Made by a program: the position numbers and the translations under genes
Shown: in pieces, positions 35,788 through 45,338 of the stretch
Layout of the letters: every line of letters starts with the position of its first letter
How positions within the stretch are numbered: the first letter of the stretch is position 1
The notes under the pieces: model-generated
Databases searched by the model: none
The model's input: the letters and a program-made list of their open reading frames with translations, nothing else
What the model was told of the DNA's origin: nothing
Origin: Myxococcales bacterium
GTDB taxonomy: Bacteria > Myxococcota > Myxococcia > Myxococcales > Anaeromyxobacteraceae
Assembly: GCA_021806645.1 (NCBI GenBank)
Contig: JAJZQX010000012.1
Location: 73,764-137,763, forward strand
Length of the DNA: 64,000 nucleotides
Direction: 5' to 3'

Positions 35788-38268
35788 TCAACGCTTCTCG
35801 AGCCGGTCGAGCGCCTGCTTGGCCTTGGCCGCCCAGAAGCCCGATGGCTCGAGTTCCATGTAGCGGCGGAAGGCGGCCGCGGCGCCGGCGCGGTCCCCCC
35901 TGGCGGTGAGGGACTCGGCCAGGCCGTACCAGGCCGGGGCGAAGGTGGGAACGAGGGCGATGGCCCGCCGCTGCTGCGTCTCGGCGTCGGCGAACCGGCC
36001 CAGGTCGTAGTAGACGCGGCCCAGGTTGATCCTGACCTGCGGGGTCTCGTTCACCGCCAGCGCCGCCTCGTACCAGGTGATGGCCGCCGGCAGGTTTCCC
36101 TGGTTGACCGCGGCCATCCCCTTGTCCTGGTACTGCACCGCCATCTGTTCGGTCTGGAGCCGCTGCAGGCGGGCCGACCAGGCCGCCGCCTCCTCGGGCC
36201 GGTTGGCGGCCCGCATCAGCTCGACGGCCAGCGCCACGTCGGCCAGGTCCATGCCGCCGCTTCCGAGCGACGGCGCCAGCACCCGCATCGCCTCGCCAAG
36301 GTTGTTGCGCCGCAGGGCCAGCCTGGCCAGGGCGCGGCGCGAGGTGCCCACCTCCTGCCCGAACTCGATCAGCTGGCGGTAGATGGCGGCGGCGTCGTCG
36401 AGCTGGCCCAGCCCCTCGGCGGCCTGGGCGCCCACCAGCATGGCGCCCGACCGCTCCACGATCTTGCTGCCGAGCACCGGGGCCACCGCGTTCCAGGCCT
36501 CGTCCCAGGCGCCGATGGTCAAGGCGGTGGCGCCGAGCAGCTGGCGGCAGCGGACACAGGCCGGGGCGGCGGCGACGCTGCGGCGGAGCTCGGCGAGGAA
36601 CTGGGAGGACTGGGCGCCGGGGACGCTCAGGTAGGTGTTGGCCGGCCGGACCAGCTTGAACTCGTCACGCGCGATCAGCGCGGCGTGGCGGCCGTCGCGG
36701 CGGAGGTAGAGCAGCCCGCCGTCGTCGAAGGCCACCAGCGCCCAGAAGCGCCGGTCGGCGCCCCAGTCGGCGTCGGGGCTCGAGGAGGCCAGCGAGGCGG
36801 CCGTGGCCGCGTCGGGCTGCGGGTAGTTCACCACCAGGGCCTCGAAGTGGTACTTCCGATCCAGGCCGTAGAAGAGGCCGTAGTTCTGCGGGCCGCTCAC
36901 CGCGGCGTCCTCTTCGCCCGGGGAGATGAGCCCGCGGCCGTCCTGGTAGGTCATCCGGTTGGTGCGCCACTCGATGTAGCCACCGAAGTGGAAGGTGTTG
37001 AAGATCGGCCCCTCGATCCGGTTGGCCACCAGGTAGTCCACGGCGCGGACCGGGAAGGCGTACGGCCTGAGCCCGGTCCCGAAGCGGACCACGCTCGGCA
37101 CCGGGAACCAGGCGCAGCCGGCGATGGTGGCGGCCAGCAGCGAGCTGGCCGCGACCGGGCGCGCCCAGCCGGCCCACCAGCGCTCGGGCAGCTGGTCGAG
37201 CGCCTCGCCCAGGTTGCGGGCGGTGATGGGCGCGGCCACCACGGCCATCATCACGGCGAAGCGGCCGGCCGAGAAGCCGAGGTAGGCGAAGGCCGCCACC
37301 GTCAGCAGCTCGCGCGGCCGGATGCGCCGCAGGTTGAGCAGGAACCCCAGCGCGGTGATCCCCAGCACCACGCCGAAGGTGTCGTTGAGCGAGCTCCAGC
37401 CGAGCGGCTGCATCTCCAGCACCATCCGCTTGGCGAACGGCAGCATCCGCTCCATGGCCTCGACGGCCTGCGGGCCGACGTTCTCGAAGCCGAGGCTGGA
37501 GAGCGCGAAGCGCAGCGAGGTGACCAGGGGGTTGAACGGCGACGGGGAGAGCAGGGCGGCCAGCAGCGTCACCGCGCCCACCGCCGTGGCGTAGCCGAGG
37601 GCCCGGAGTGACGGCGCCTCGGCCAGCTCGCGCCCGGTCACCCGGCGCAAGGCGTGCACCAGCAACCCGACCGCGACCATCACGCCGATGGGGACCACCG
37701 CCACCGGGACCGAGGGGTGGAGGTTGGTCCAGAGGATGGCCAGCGCCGGCAGGGCGTAGAGCAGCCGCGGCTGGCCTTCCTCGAAGCGCCGGATGGCCCA
37801 CATCACCAGCGCCAGCAGCACCGTGGCCAGCAGCTCGGGCCGCGCGAAGGCGCGGTAGCGCCCGAAGGAGAGCAGCGGCACCAGCACCGCCGCGGTGGCG
37901 AGGAGCGAGGTGGCGGTCCACGGGCCGTGCCGCGGCCTGGAGTCGAGGAGCAGCAGCAGCGCGATCAGCGCCCCGAAGACGGCCGGGAACCAGGCCATCG
38001 ACCCGTCGCCGAAGGCCGAGGCCCACAGGTAGATGAGGAAGCTCCCCAGCCAGTAGGGCATCGGCCCGGTCTGCGTGCCGCGGAGCGGGAAGAGGAACGG
38101 CTCCGCCGTCCGCAGGCCGTGCTGGGCGATGTCCCGCCCGTAGGCCATGTGGTGGAACATGTCGGGGTCGCGCACCTCGGTGAGGTAGGCCACGAAGCCG
38201 GCGGCGGCGGCCAGCACCGCCGCGGCCACGAACCAGCGGCGGTCGAGCGGTCTCGACAGGACGTTCAC
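35788..38268 (-). CDS. Polytopic membrane protein with C-terminal TPR repeats. Candidate GT-C-fold (PMT/TMTC-like) glycosyltransferase.
   Basis: GTG start at 38268 (VNVLSRPLDRRWF...) overlaps the upstream stop (GTGA). More than 10 TM helices, with an acidic DPDMFHH loop after TM1. The C-terminal ~300 aa are TPR-like (AWYGLAESL..., AITWYEAALAVN...). Confidence 0.7.
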   Translation of the reverse strand: MNVLSRPLDRRWFVAAAVLAAAAGFVAYLTEVRDPDMFHHMAYGRDIAQHGLRTAEPFLFPLRGTQTGPMPYWLGSFLIYLWASAFGDGSMAWFPAVFGALIALLLLLDSRPRHGPWTATSLLATAAVLVPLLSFGRYRAFARPELLATVLLALVMWAIRRFEEGQPRLLYALPALAILWTNLHPSVPVAVVPIGVMVAVGLLVHALRRVTGRELAEAPSLRALGYATAVGAVTLLAALLSPSPFNPLVTSLRFALSSLGFENVGPQAVEAMERMLPFAKRMVLEMQPLGWSSLNDTFGVVLGITALGFLLNLRRIRPRELLTVAAFAYLGFSAGRFAVMMAVVAAPITARNLGEALDQLPERWWAGWARPVAASSLLAATIAGCAWFPVPSVVRFGTGLRPYAFPVRAVDYLVANRIEGPIFNTFHFGGYIEWRTNRMTYQDGRGLISPGEEDAAVSGPQNYGLFYGLDRKYHFEALVVNYPQPDAATAASLASSSPDADWGADRRFWALVAFDDGGLLYLRRDGRHAALIARDEFKLVRPANTYLSVPGAQSSQFLAELRRSVAAAPACVRCRQLLGATALTIGAWDEAWNAVAPVLGSKIVERSGAMLVGAQAAEGLGQLDDAAAIYRQLIEFGQEVGTSRRALARLALRRNNLGEAMRVLAPSLGSGGMDLADVALAVELMRAANRPEEAAAWSARLQRLQTEQMAVQYQDKGMAAVNQGNLPAAITWYEAALAVNETPQVRINLGRVYYDLGRFADAETQQRRAIALVPTFAPAWYGLAESLTARGDRAGAAAAFRRYMELEPSGFWAAKAKQALDRLEKR

Positions 38269-38660
38269 GGGTGCTGCTCCCCGCCGTCGGCGGCCCGTTC
38301 GGCCGGCGCGGCGGCCTGGCCGGCGCGACCGCGCTCCGCCTGCAGGATGGCCAGCTCCTGCGTCAGCCGGCGGACCTGGACGGTGAGGCGGGAGATGACG
38401 GTGGTGAAGTGGACGCTGATGAGGAGCAGGAAGATGAGCGCGAAGATGAAGACGGTGGTGGTGACGGTGACGGCGCCGATGACGCGGGTGATCCACTCGA
38501 TCAGCCCGTACCAGGTGGCCAGCAGCATCATGCCGACCGTGGTGAGCACCCAGAGCAAGGCGTACTCCTCCCGCAGGCGGCGGCGGCGGATCAGCTCCAT
38601 GACCACGAGGAAGGTGGTGATGGAGATGACGATGGCGAAGACGCGTTGGGTGGGGGTCAT
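38265..38660 (-). CDS. DUF2304-like small membrane protein
   Basis: MTPTQRVFAIVISITTFLVVMELIRRRRLREEYALLWVL... I recall this family as commonly following GT2 genes. ATGA overlap with the upstream GT2 gene. Confidence 0.65.
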   Translation of the reverse strand: MTPTQRVFAIVISITTFLVVMELIRRRRLREEYALLWVLTTVGMMLLATWYGLIEWITRVIGAVTVTTTVFIFALIFLLLISVHFTTVISRLTVQVRRLTQELAILQAERGRAGQAAAPAERAADGGEQHP

Positions 38661-39364
38661 GGCCGTTCGTTCCGCAGGGGGACCAGCGCCAGGGCGAGGG
38701 TCATCCGGAAGACGTAGTAGAGCGGCCGGAGGACGCCGCCGTGCATGCTCTTGCCGCCGGGGGAGCCGAGCATGCGGACCGGCACCTCGGTGAGCTTCAT
38801 GCCGGAACGGGCCACCATGGCCAGCACGTCGGCGTCCGGGTAGTCGTGGGGCCAGCGGTCGTGGGCGTAGAACTCGAGGGCCCGGCGGGAGATGGCCTGG
38901 AAGCCGCTGGTCGGGTCGGTGAGCCGCTGGCCGGAGAGGTGGCTGGCGACGGCGCCGAAGAGGGTCATGCCGAGCCGGCGCGAGAGCGGCGGTTTGTAGG
39001 AGCCGGGGTGGAGGAAGCGTGAGCCGACCACCACGTCGTGGCCGGCGAGCGCCGCCAGCAGCGGCGGGATCGAGGCCGGATCGTGCTGGCCGTCGGCGTC
39101 GAGCTGGAGCACCGCGTCGTAGGCGTGGCGCAGGGCGTAGCGGTACCCGGTCTGGAGCGCCGAGCCGTACCCCAGGTTGACCGGGTGCGTCGCCACGATG
39201 GCGCCCCCGGCCCAGGCCTCGGCGGCGGTGGCGTCGAGCGAGCCGTCGTCCACCACCAGCACGTCGGCGGCCACCTGGCCGCGCACCGCCTCGACCACGC
39301 CGCGGATGCGGAGGGCCTCGTTGAAGGCGGGGATGACGACGAGGAGCTTGGTGGGGACGGGCAT
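38657..39364 (-). CDS. GT2-family glycosyltransferase (polyprenol-phosphate sugar synthase, Dpm1/GtrB-like)
   Basis: ATG at 39364 (MPVPTKLLVVIPAFNE...). VVDDGSLD, QLDADGQHDP, TDPTSGFQA motifs. Confidence 0.85.
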   Translation of the reverse strand: MPVPTKLLVVIPAFNEALRIRGVVEAVRGQVAADVLVVDDGSLDATAAEAWAGGAIVATHPVNLGYGSALQTGYRYALRHAYDAVLQLDADGQHDPASIPPLLAALAGHDVVVGSRFLHPGSYKPPLSRRLGMTLFGAVASHLSGQRLTDPTSGFQAISRRALEFYAHDRWPHDYPDADVLAMVARSGMKLTEVPVRMLGSPGGKSMHGGVLRPLYYVFRMTLALALVPLRNERP

Positions 39365-39481
39365 GGAAGCTGCGATTCCGAGGGCGGATCCGGACTTGCG
39401 GCGGGCCGAACCATAGCCCAAGGCGGGCGCTGCGTGAACGAGGCGGCGGCCCGGCGACCCGGCGGGTCGCCGGCGCGGCGG

Positions 39482-40651
39482 TCAAGGAGGCCGGGGTGCG
39501 CCGCGGCCGGCACGAGCCGCCTCGACGAGCGCCAGCAGCTCGCCCTCGGCCTCCTCGGCGATCCGGTCCCAGGTGAACCGCTCCGCGACCAGCCGCCGGG
39601 CGGCGTCGCCGAGCCGGGCCCGAAGCGCCGGATGGTTCACCAGCCGGGCCATGGCGTCGGCCAGCGCCGCGGCGTCGCCAGGTGGCACCAGCAGGCCGTG
39701 GTCGGGGGACCGGACCACCTCGACCGTCCCGCCCTGCGGTGTGGCCACGATGGCCACGCCGGCGGCGGCCGCCTCGAGGATGGAGCTGGGGAGCCCCTCG
39801 GCGCAGCAGGACGGGTGGACGAAGAGATCGGCGGCGGTGAGGAGCCGCAAGACCTCGGACGGCGCGACCTGGCCCAGCAGGTGGAGCCGCGGCAGCCGGC
39901 CGGCCCGCCGGCGGAGCTCCCCGAGGGCCTGGCCGTCGCCGGCCACGGCCAGGTGGAGCGCCGGCAGCCGCGCCAGCGCGTCGAGCAGCACCAGCATCCC
40001 CTTGTCTGCGGTGACGCGCCCCGCGTAGAGCGCCAGCGGCTCGCCCGCGCCGACCCGGAGCTGCGCGCGCACCGCGGCGCGGTCGCCGCCCGGTCCCGGC
40101 AGGTCCACGCCGTTGGTCAGGAGACCGGCGCCGGGCCGCCCGAGGTGGGCCAGGAATTCCACCACCGCGCCGGAGACGCCGACGCAGTGGGTGGCGCGCC
40201 GGATCACCCAGCGGCCGGGACCGTGATCGACCGCGGCCGAGAGCCGGTCGGCCAGCGGACCGCCCAGCTTGACGTGGCCGGAGCCGTGCTCGACGTGGAG
40301 GTGGGGGAGAGCCTGGGCGCCCGCGAACCAGCCGCCCAGCCAGCTCGCGCTGAAGAAGCGGGTGTTGGTGACCACCACGTCGGGCTGGAAGTCGCGGAGC
40401 CAGGCCACGCCGCGCGCCAGGCGGAGGCCGGGGAGGAGCACCGGGAAGCGGGCGCTGAAGAGCGGCAGCACCGGCAGCCGCGCCACCTCGATGCCGTCCA
40501 CCGTCTCGCGGGGCTCGCCGCCACCCGTCGCCGAGGTGACCAGCGCCACGGCGTGGCCGCGCTTCACCAGCCGTGAGAAGATGGCGCGGGTGTACCGCTC
40601 CACCCCGCCGACGTGCGGGTGGAAGTGGCCGGTGAAGACGGCGATGCGCAC
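39482..40651 (-). CDS. GT4-family (GT-B fold) glycosyltransferase
   Basis: GTG at 40651 (VRIAVFTGHFHPHVGGVERY...). C-terminal EGLPSSILEAAAAGVAIVAT (EX7E-type region). Confidence 0.85.
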   Translation of the reverse strand: MRIAVFTGHFHPHVGGVERYTRAIFSRLVKRGHAVALVTSATGGGEPRETVDGIEVARLPVLPLFSARFPVLLPGLRLARGVAWLRDFQPDVVVTNTRFFSASWLGGWFAGAQALPHLHVEHGSGHVKLGGPLADRLSAAVDHGPGRWVIRRATHCVGVSGAVVEFLAHLGRPGAGLLTNGVDLPGPGGDRAAVRAQLRVGAGEPLALYAGRVTADKGMLVLLDALARLPALHLAVAGDGQALGELRRRAGRLPRLHLLGQVAPSEVLRLLTAADLFVHPSCCAEGLPSSILEAAAAGVAIVATPQGGTVEVVRSPDHGLLVPPGDAAALADAMARLVNHPALRARLGDAARRLVAERFTWDRIAEEAEGELLALVEAARAGRGAPRPP

Positions 40652-40688
40652 TGAACCTCGGCGACGAGAGACGAAGCCCGCGCTCCCG

Positions 40689-42590
40689 TCAGTAGGAGAG
40701 CGAGCTGTGCGGCTTGCCGTGGCAGACCAGGGCGCAGGAACCCCCGCGCCCACCGCTGGCGGTGTAGCGCGGAGCGGCCTGGCCGGGCAACGCCTTCACC
40801 ACGTCGAGGTCGAAGTCCACGAGGTGGGCGTTGTTGGCCGGGGAGCCGACCAGCGAGGAGACGCCGTGGGCGTTGTGGCAGGCCGAGCATGGGGTGGGGA
40901 TGGCGCCGGCCAGCGTCGCGGAGGCGCCGGGCGAGACGTGGCCCTGGTGGAGCGGGAAGGAGGACTGCGTCGAGAGGACGGTCTCGCGCCTGTGGCACTT
41001 GTAGCAGAGCGCGTAGGCGACGGGGCTCTCCGGCGTGCCGTCCTGCGTCTGGTAGTTCCGCTCCAGCAAGGGGCGGTAGATGGAGCCGTGCGGCCCGCGC
41101 GGACCGGTGCCGCCGCTGGCCCGCGTGTCGTCGGAGGCGTGGCAGTCGGAGCAGTAGATGACCGATGACGCCGTGAGCGGGGCGATCAGGCTCGGCACCA
41201 CCGGGTTGCGGCCGGGTCCGATGACCGGGTGGGCGGAAGCGCCGCTCGGCTCGAAGACGCGGCGCAGGTTCACCTCGGCCACGGCCCGCCGCGGGGAGCC
41301 GGCGCCCAGCGCGGCGCGCGCCTGCGGCTGGTTGGCGCTGTCGGCGTGGCACTTGAAGCAGACCTCGTATTCGTACCTGGCGGGGTCGGCCCGGCGCCCG
41401 GTCCGATCGACGCCCCAGGTGCCGGCCATGGCACCCTGGATGGCCGGGGCGACCGCCGCCCTGGCTCCGGTGGCCTGGTGCGGTTCGTGGCAATCGACGC
41501 AGGTGACGTGGCGAGCGGCCGACGGCGAGGTCTCTGGGAGGCGGACGGCACGGTCCGGTCCCTCGGCCCGGTCGTGGACGGTCGTGCCGGTGATGGGGGC
41601 GGCGTGGGCGGATGGGCGGAGCGTGGCGCCGCGGATGTCGGCCCTGGCGTGCTGGCCGTCGTGGCACGCCAGGCACATGCCGTCGTCGCCGAGATCGGTC
41701 GGGCGCACCAGCCGGCCGCGCTTGTCTCCATTGTGCGGCACGTGGCACGCGGCGCAGCGCAGGTCGGCCAGCGTGGTGGAGGCTCCGGTCACGGGATCGC
41801 TGATGGTCCTGGTCGAGGTCAGGTGGGACGCGTCGGGCGACTCCAGGCGCGCGGCGTCGTGGCAGGTGAGGCAGAGCTCGGCGCGGCGCATGCTCTTGAC
41901 CAGGAACTGGCCCTCGCCGGTCACCGGGAGCCGCTCCCGGTGAGGGTCGTGGCAGGCGACGCACTGCAACTGGTTGGTCCGGTCGAGCCGGACCGGATCG
42001 TCCGGCGGCGGCGGGTGGGAGGTCGCCGACGGCGCCGGCACGAAGGAGACGGGGTGGGTCCCGCGCAGGTCGGTGCCGAGGTTGGCGCGGTGGCCGGCAG
42101 GGAGCCTGCCGCCGGGAGCGTTGCCGCGCAGCTGGATCAGCCGGGTGCGGGTCTGGCCGAGGGCGATGGTCCCGTCGTGGCACGAGAGGCAGATCCGCGA
42201 GGCTCCGGTGGGGCGGGAGGTGGTGCGGGCGCTGGTGGTGCTGCTCGTGTAGGGGATGATCGGAGCGGACTCGGCCGGGCGCCCATCGGCATGCTCGCCG
42301 CCGTGCGGCACATGGCAGAAGACGCAGGCGTTGGCCTCCACGTCCGACTTGAAGGGGCCAGGGCCGCTGGTCGAGAGGTCGTGCTTGCTGCCGATGACGC
42401 CGAGCGGCGCCGCGCCGGCGCGCGGCGCGACCTGTTGGGCCGCCGGCGAGGGGGGGCGCCGGGGTCGGGCGGAGGCGCCGGCCGGCGCGGGGGACGCCGT
42501 GGCGGGCGGGCGCGGCGCGACGGGCTCGCGGGCCGGAAGGTCCGGGTTGATCGGCGCCGCGAGGGCGGTCAGCAGGATCAGCAGCTTCAT
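40689..42590 (-). CDS. Multihaem c-type cytochrome (11 CXXCH plus a C-terminal CX3CH) with a Pro/Ala-rich N-terminal linker
   Basis: Signal-like MKLLILLTALAA. First motif GSKHDLS...CVFCHVPHGG, then CLSCH, CVACH, CLTCH, CAACH, CLACH, CVDCH, CFKCH, CSDCH, CYKCH, CSACH, and CALVCH (nt 40719-40736). Confidence 0.85.
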   Translation of the reverse strand: MKLLILLTALAAPINPDLPAREPVAPRPPATASPAPAGASARPRRPPSPAAQQVAPRAGAAPLGVIGSKHDLSTSGPGPFKSDVEANACVFCHVPHGGEHADGRPAESAPIIPYTSSTTSARTTSRPTGASRICLSCHDGTIALGQTRTRLIQLRGNAPGGRLPAGHRANLGTDLRGTHPVSFVPAPSATSHPPPPDDPVRLDRTNQLQCVACHDPHRERLPVTGEGQFLVKSMRRAELCLTCHDAARLESPDASHLTSTRTISDPVTGASTTLADLRCAACHVPHNGDKRGRLVRPTDLGDDGMCLACHDGQHARADIRGATLRPSAHAAPITGTTVHDRAEGPDRAVRLPETSPSAARHVTCVDCHEPHQATGARAAVAPAIQGAMAGTWGVDRTGRRADPARYEYEVCFKCHADSANQPQARAALGAGSPRRAVAEVNLRRVFEPSGASAHPVIGPGRNPVVPSLIAPLTASSVIYCSDCHASDDTRASGGTGPRGPHGSIYRPLLERNYQTQDGTPESPVAYALCYKCHRRETVLSTQSSFPLHQGHVSPGASATLAGAIPTPCSACHNAHGVSSLVGSPANNAHLVDFDLDVVKALPGQAAPRYTASGGRGGSCALVCHGKPHSSLSY

Positions 42591-43603
42591 GGCCTGTCTC
42601 CAGTGAACCTGTACGTTTCGACGCGGCGGTGCTGGCCGTCGGCTACCACCAGCAGGTCGCCGGCGATGGCCACCCCGGCCGGCATGGACAGCTGGCCCGG
42701 GCCGTCACCGATCCCCCCGGCGGCATAGATGAACCTGCCGTCAGCCTCGAACGCCAGCACCAGGCCGCGCTGCGTGTCGGTCACGTAGATCCGGCCAGCG
42801 GCGTCCACCGCCACGGCCTTGGGGCGGGAGAACCGGCCGCCGTCGTCGCCGGCCTCGCCGAAGCTGGAGAGCAGGGTGCCGTCCGGCCCGAACCGCTTCA
42901 CCTTGTAGTTGAGGGCGTCGATCACCAGCAGCGTGCCGTCGGGGGCCGCCGCCAGGCCGGTGGGGAAGTTGAAGCCGGCGTCGCCGTCGCCGCGGGCTCC
43001 GAAGCGCAGGACCTCCGCGCCCGAGGCGTCGTAGGCCACCACCTGGTGGCGCGGGGGGTCGGCGACGTAGAGCCGCTCGCCGAGGAGGGCCAGGGCGGTG
43101 GGACGCTCCAGCGTGCCGCTGCCCCAGCGGTCGCAGCGGCCGTCGGGCGCGATCCGGACCACCACGGCGAGGCCGGCGTCGGCCACGTAGACGACGCCGC
43201 CGGGGCCGATGGTCACGGCCATGGGCGCGCCCCACTCTCCGTCGCGGCAGCGGACCGGCTCGAAGGCCCCGCTGGCCAGGTCGGCGCGGAGCACGCCCGG
43301 TGCGTCGGGATCGGCCACGTAGACCGCGCCGGGGAGGGCCGCCACGCCGAAGGGACGGACCAGCACCGGCTCGCCGGCGCCCGGCTCGAGGCCCAGGATG
43401 GCGTCCACGACGCGGCGGAAGCCGGAGCGCTGGTCGGGCCGATCCGGGTCCGGGAGCGAGCGTTCGAAGATCAGGCGGGCGGCGGCCGGCGGCCGGGGCC
43501 AGGCCGGAGGGGGCCCGGGCGCGACGCGCGGGGTCGTGGTGCCGGCGCAGGCGGTCGCCCACAGGGCGAAGGCGATGACGGCCGGGAGGAGGGGTGCGCG
43601 CAT
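42587..43603 (-). CDS. NHL-repeat six-bladed beta-propeller lipoprotein
   Basis: Lipobox LWATAC. Blades such as AVYVADPDAPGVLRADL, VVYVADAGLAVVVRI, RLYVADPPRHQVVAYD, TLLVIDALNYKVKRF, RIYVTDTQRGLVLAFE, DLLVVADGQHRRVETY. ATGA-type overlap with the downstream cytochrome gene. Confidence 0.8.
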   Translation of the reverse strand: MRAPLLPAVIAFALWATACAGTTTPRVAPGPPPAWPRPPAAARLIFERSLPDPDRPDQRSGFRRVVDAILGLEPGAGEPVLVRPFGVAALPGAVYVADPDAPGVLRADLASGAFEPVRCRDGEWGAPMAVTIGPGGVVYVADAGLAVVVRIAPDGRCDRWGSGTLERPTALALLGERLYVADPPRHQVVAYDASGAEVLRFGARGDGDAGFNFPTGLAAAPDGTLLVIDALNYKVKRFGPDGTLLSSFGEAGDDGGRFSRPKAVAVDAAGRIYVTDTQRGLVLAFEADGRFIYAAGGIGDGPGQLSMPAGVAIAGDLLVVADGQHRRVETYRFTGDRP

Positions 43604-43607
43604 GTGG

Positions 43608-45338
43608 CTAGCGCCGGAACGACCTCGTGACCGAGAAGAAGAGCAGGTTCTGGTTGCCGGTGGCCCCGCCCCGGGTGCCTCCGCTGGAGAGCTGGTCGTA
43701 GAGGGAGAACTGGAAGGCGCCGATGTAGTAGGCCAGGTTGAGGCTGAGGCCGCGTTCCCACTGGGTCGGGCGGCCGGGCGTCGTCACCGACGAGTACCGG
43801 CCCGCCAGGGAGAGGAAGAGATTGAAGGCGGTGGGGACCGTGGCGGTGATGGTCCCGTAGGTGGCCCTGGTGTTGAAGTCCAGCGGCACCAGGGAGCCGG
43901 GCACGGAACCCGGAGTCAGGAACTCCGAGGCCTGGTCGTTCATGCCCGCGTTGAGCGCGAGCGCATATCCACTCCGGTAGGCCTGCGCCGTGAGCAGGGC
44001 GCTGGTGTAGCCGCTGGTGCCGAAGGTCGGGGATTCGCTGCGGGAGTAACCGACGTCGAGCCGGGAGGTGAACGACCAGCCGAAGGGGAGGCCGGAGGCG
44101 CTGGCGGTGCCCCGGAGCGAGGTGCGGGTGCCGGCGGCGGCGTTGGAGTTGTCGTCGTGGCTGGCGCTGAATCCGGCGCTGCCGTACCAGGACCCGATTG
44201 GCCGCGAAACGTCGATGCCACCGCCGACGCCGTAGGCGGCCTGGCTGCCCCCGGCCTCGGGCTGGAGGAGGCCGGCGCTCGCGGCGGCCGTGGCCGAGAT
44301 CAGGTACCCGCCACCCTGCCTGGCCCAGCGCGCGCTGGCGCCCACCGCCTCGCCGCGGTCTCTCGTCGCCACCGTCCCGACGCGCGAGTCCGCGACCGAC
44401 ACCGATGCGCTGAGGCCGTAGCCCCACGCCGGCGTGAGCTGGTGGTTCCCGTACGCGCTGACCGAATGGCCGATATTCTGGCGCAGCAGGCCGCCAGGGG
44501 CCTCGAAGAGCGAGTTGGAGTAGGAGTAGCCACCGCCGGCGCTCAGGCTCTGGCTGGCCTTCCACTGCGTCCAGGCCGAGACGTACTCGTTGTCCACTCT
44601 TGGGTTGAGCGGGTTCTCCACCGTGGGAAGGCGCAGCGTGTATGAGGCCGCCACCTGGGCGGTGGCGTTGGTGGCGAGCTGGGCCTGGGCGCGGACCGAG
44701 CCGACGTGGGTGCGGTAGTTGGTCTCGGCGTAGTCGCCGGCGGCCCACCGGGTATCGTAGGTCAGCGAGTAGTTGAGCCCTTCGACTGATTGTGAGAGAT
44801 CGGCTCTCAGGGTGGTGTCGCTCGACCTGACCGGGGCCACCCCGATGCTCCGGTTGGTAGAATCGGTCTGGGAAGCCGAGGTGGTCAAGGTCGGCGTGCC
44901 GACGGTGCCGATGATCACCATCCCGGATCGAGAGTCAACCCGGGTCGAGCCGGTCCGGCCGCCGGCCCGGTCAGCGGAGAAGTCGATGGTGGTGCGGCTC
45001 GCCCCTGCGTTCACGTTCACCGGCGTGTTGCGGAGGGCGCCCAGCGACAGCCGGTAGTTGAGGGCGTCGCTGGCGCTGCCCCCCTGGGCCCGGTAGCCCA
45101 GGTAGGAGGCCGAGGCGCCGAGGTCGAGGACGCCCGGACCGAAGACGGTGGCGTCGAGGGCCAGGCTCCCCGTGAACCAGAGCTGGTCGTGGCCGGAGCG
45201 TGGCATGGTGTCGGACCATGCGTCAATTCGCTGCAGGCTGAGGCCGGCCGAGCCGGACAGGCCGACGCCGGCGGCGGCCGGCCCAGCCGCGGCGAGCAGG
45301 GTGAGCCACAGCAGCGCTCGCGGGGTCATGGCCCTCAT
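43608..45338 (-). CDS. Large (~576 aa) predicted outer-membrane beta-barrel protein
   Basis: ATG at 45338 (MRAMTPRALLWLTLLAAAGPAAAG signal). G/S/T/Y/A-rich sequence with alternating hydrophobic pattern. ATGA overlap with the upstream gene. No domain recognised with certainty. Confidence 0.6.
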   Translation of the reverse strand: MRAMTPRALLWLTLLAAAGPAAAGVGLSGSAGLSLQRIDAWSDTMPRSGHDQLWFTGSLALDATVFGPGVLDLGASASYLGYRAQGGSASDALNYRLSLGALRNTPVNVNAGASRTTIDFSADRAGGRTGSTRVDSRSGMVIIGTVGTPTLTTSASQTDSTNRSIGVAPVRSSDTTLRADLSQSVEGLNYSLTYDTRWAAGDYAETNYRTHVGSVRAQAQLATNATAQVAASYTLRLPTVENPLNPRVDNEYVSAWTQWKASQSLSAGGGYSYSNSLFEAPGGLLRQNIGHSVSAYGNHQLTPAWGYGLSASVSVADSRVGTVATRDRGEAVGASARWARQGGGYLISATAAASAGLLQPEAGGSQAAYGVGGGIDVSRPIGSWYGSAGFSASHDDNSNAAAGTRTSLRGTASASGLPFGWSFTSRLDVGYSRSESPTFGTSGYTSALLTAQAYRSGYALALNAGMNDQASEFLTPGSVPGSLVPLDFNTRATYGTITATVPTAFNLFLSLAGRYSSVTTPGRPTQWERGLSLNLAYYIGAFQFSLYDQLSSGGTRGGATGNQNLLFFSVTRSFRR

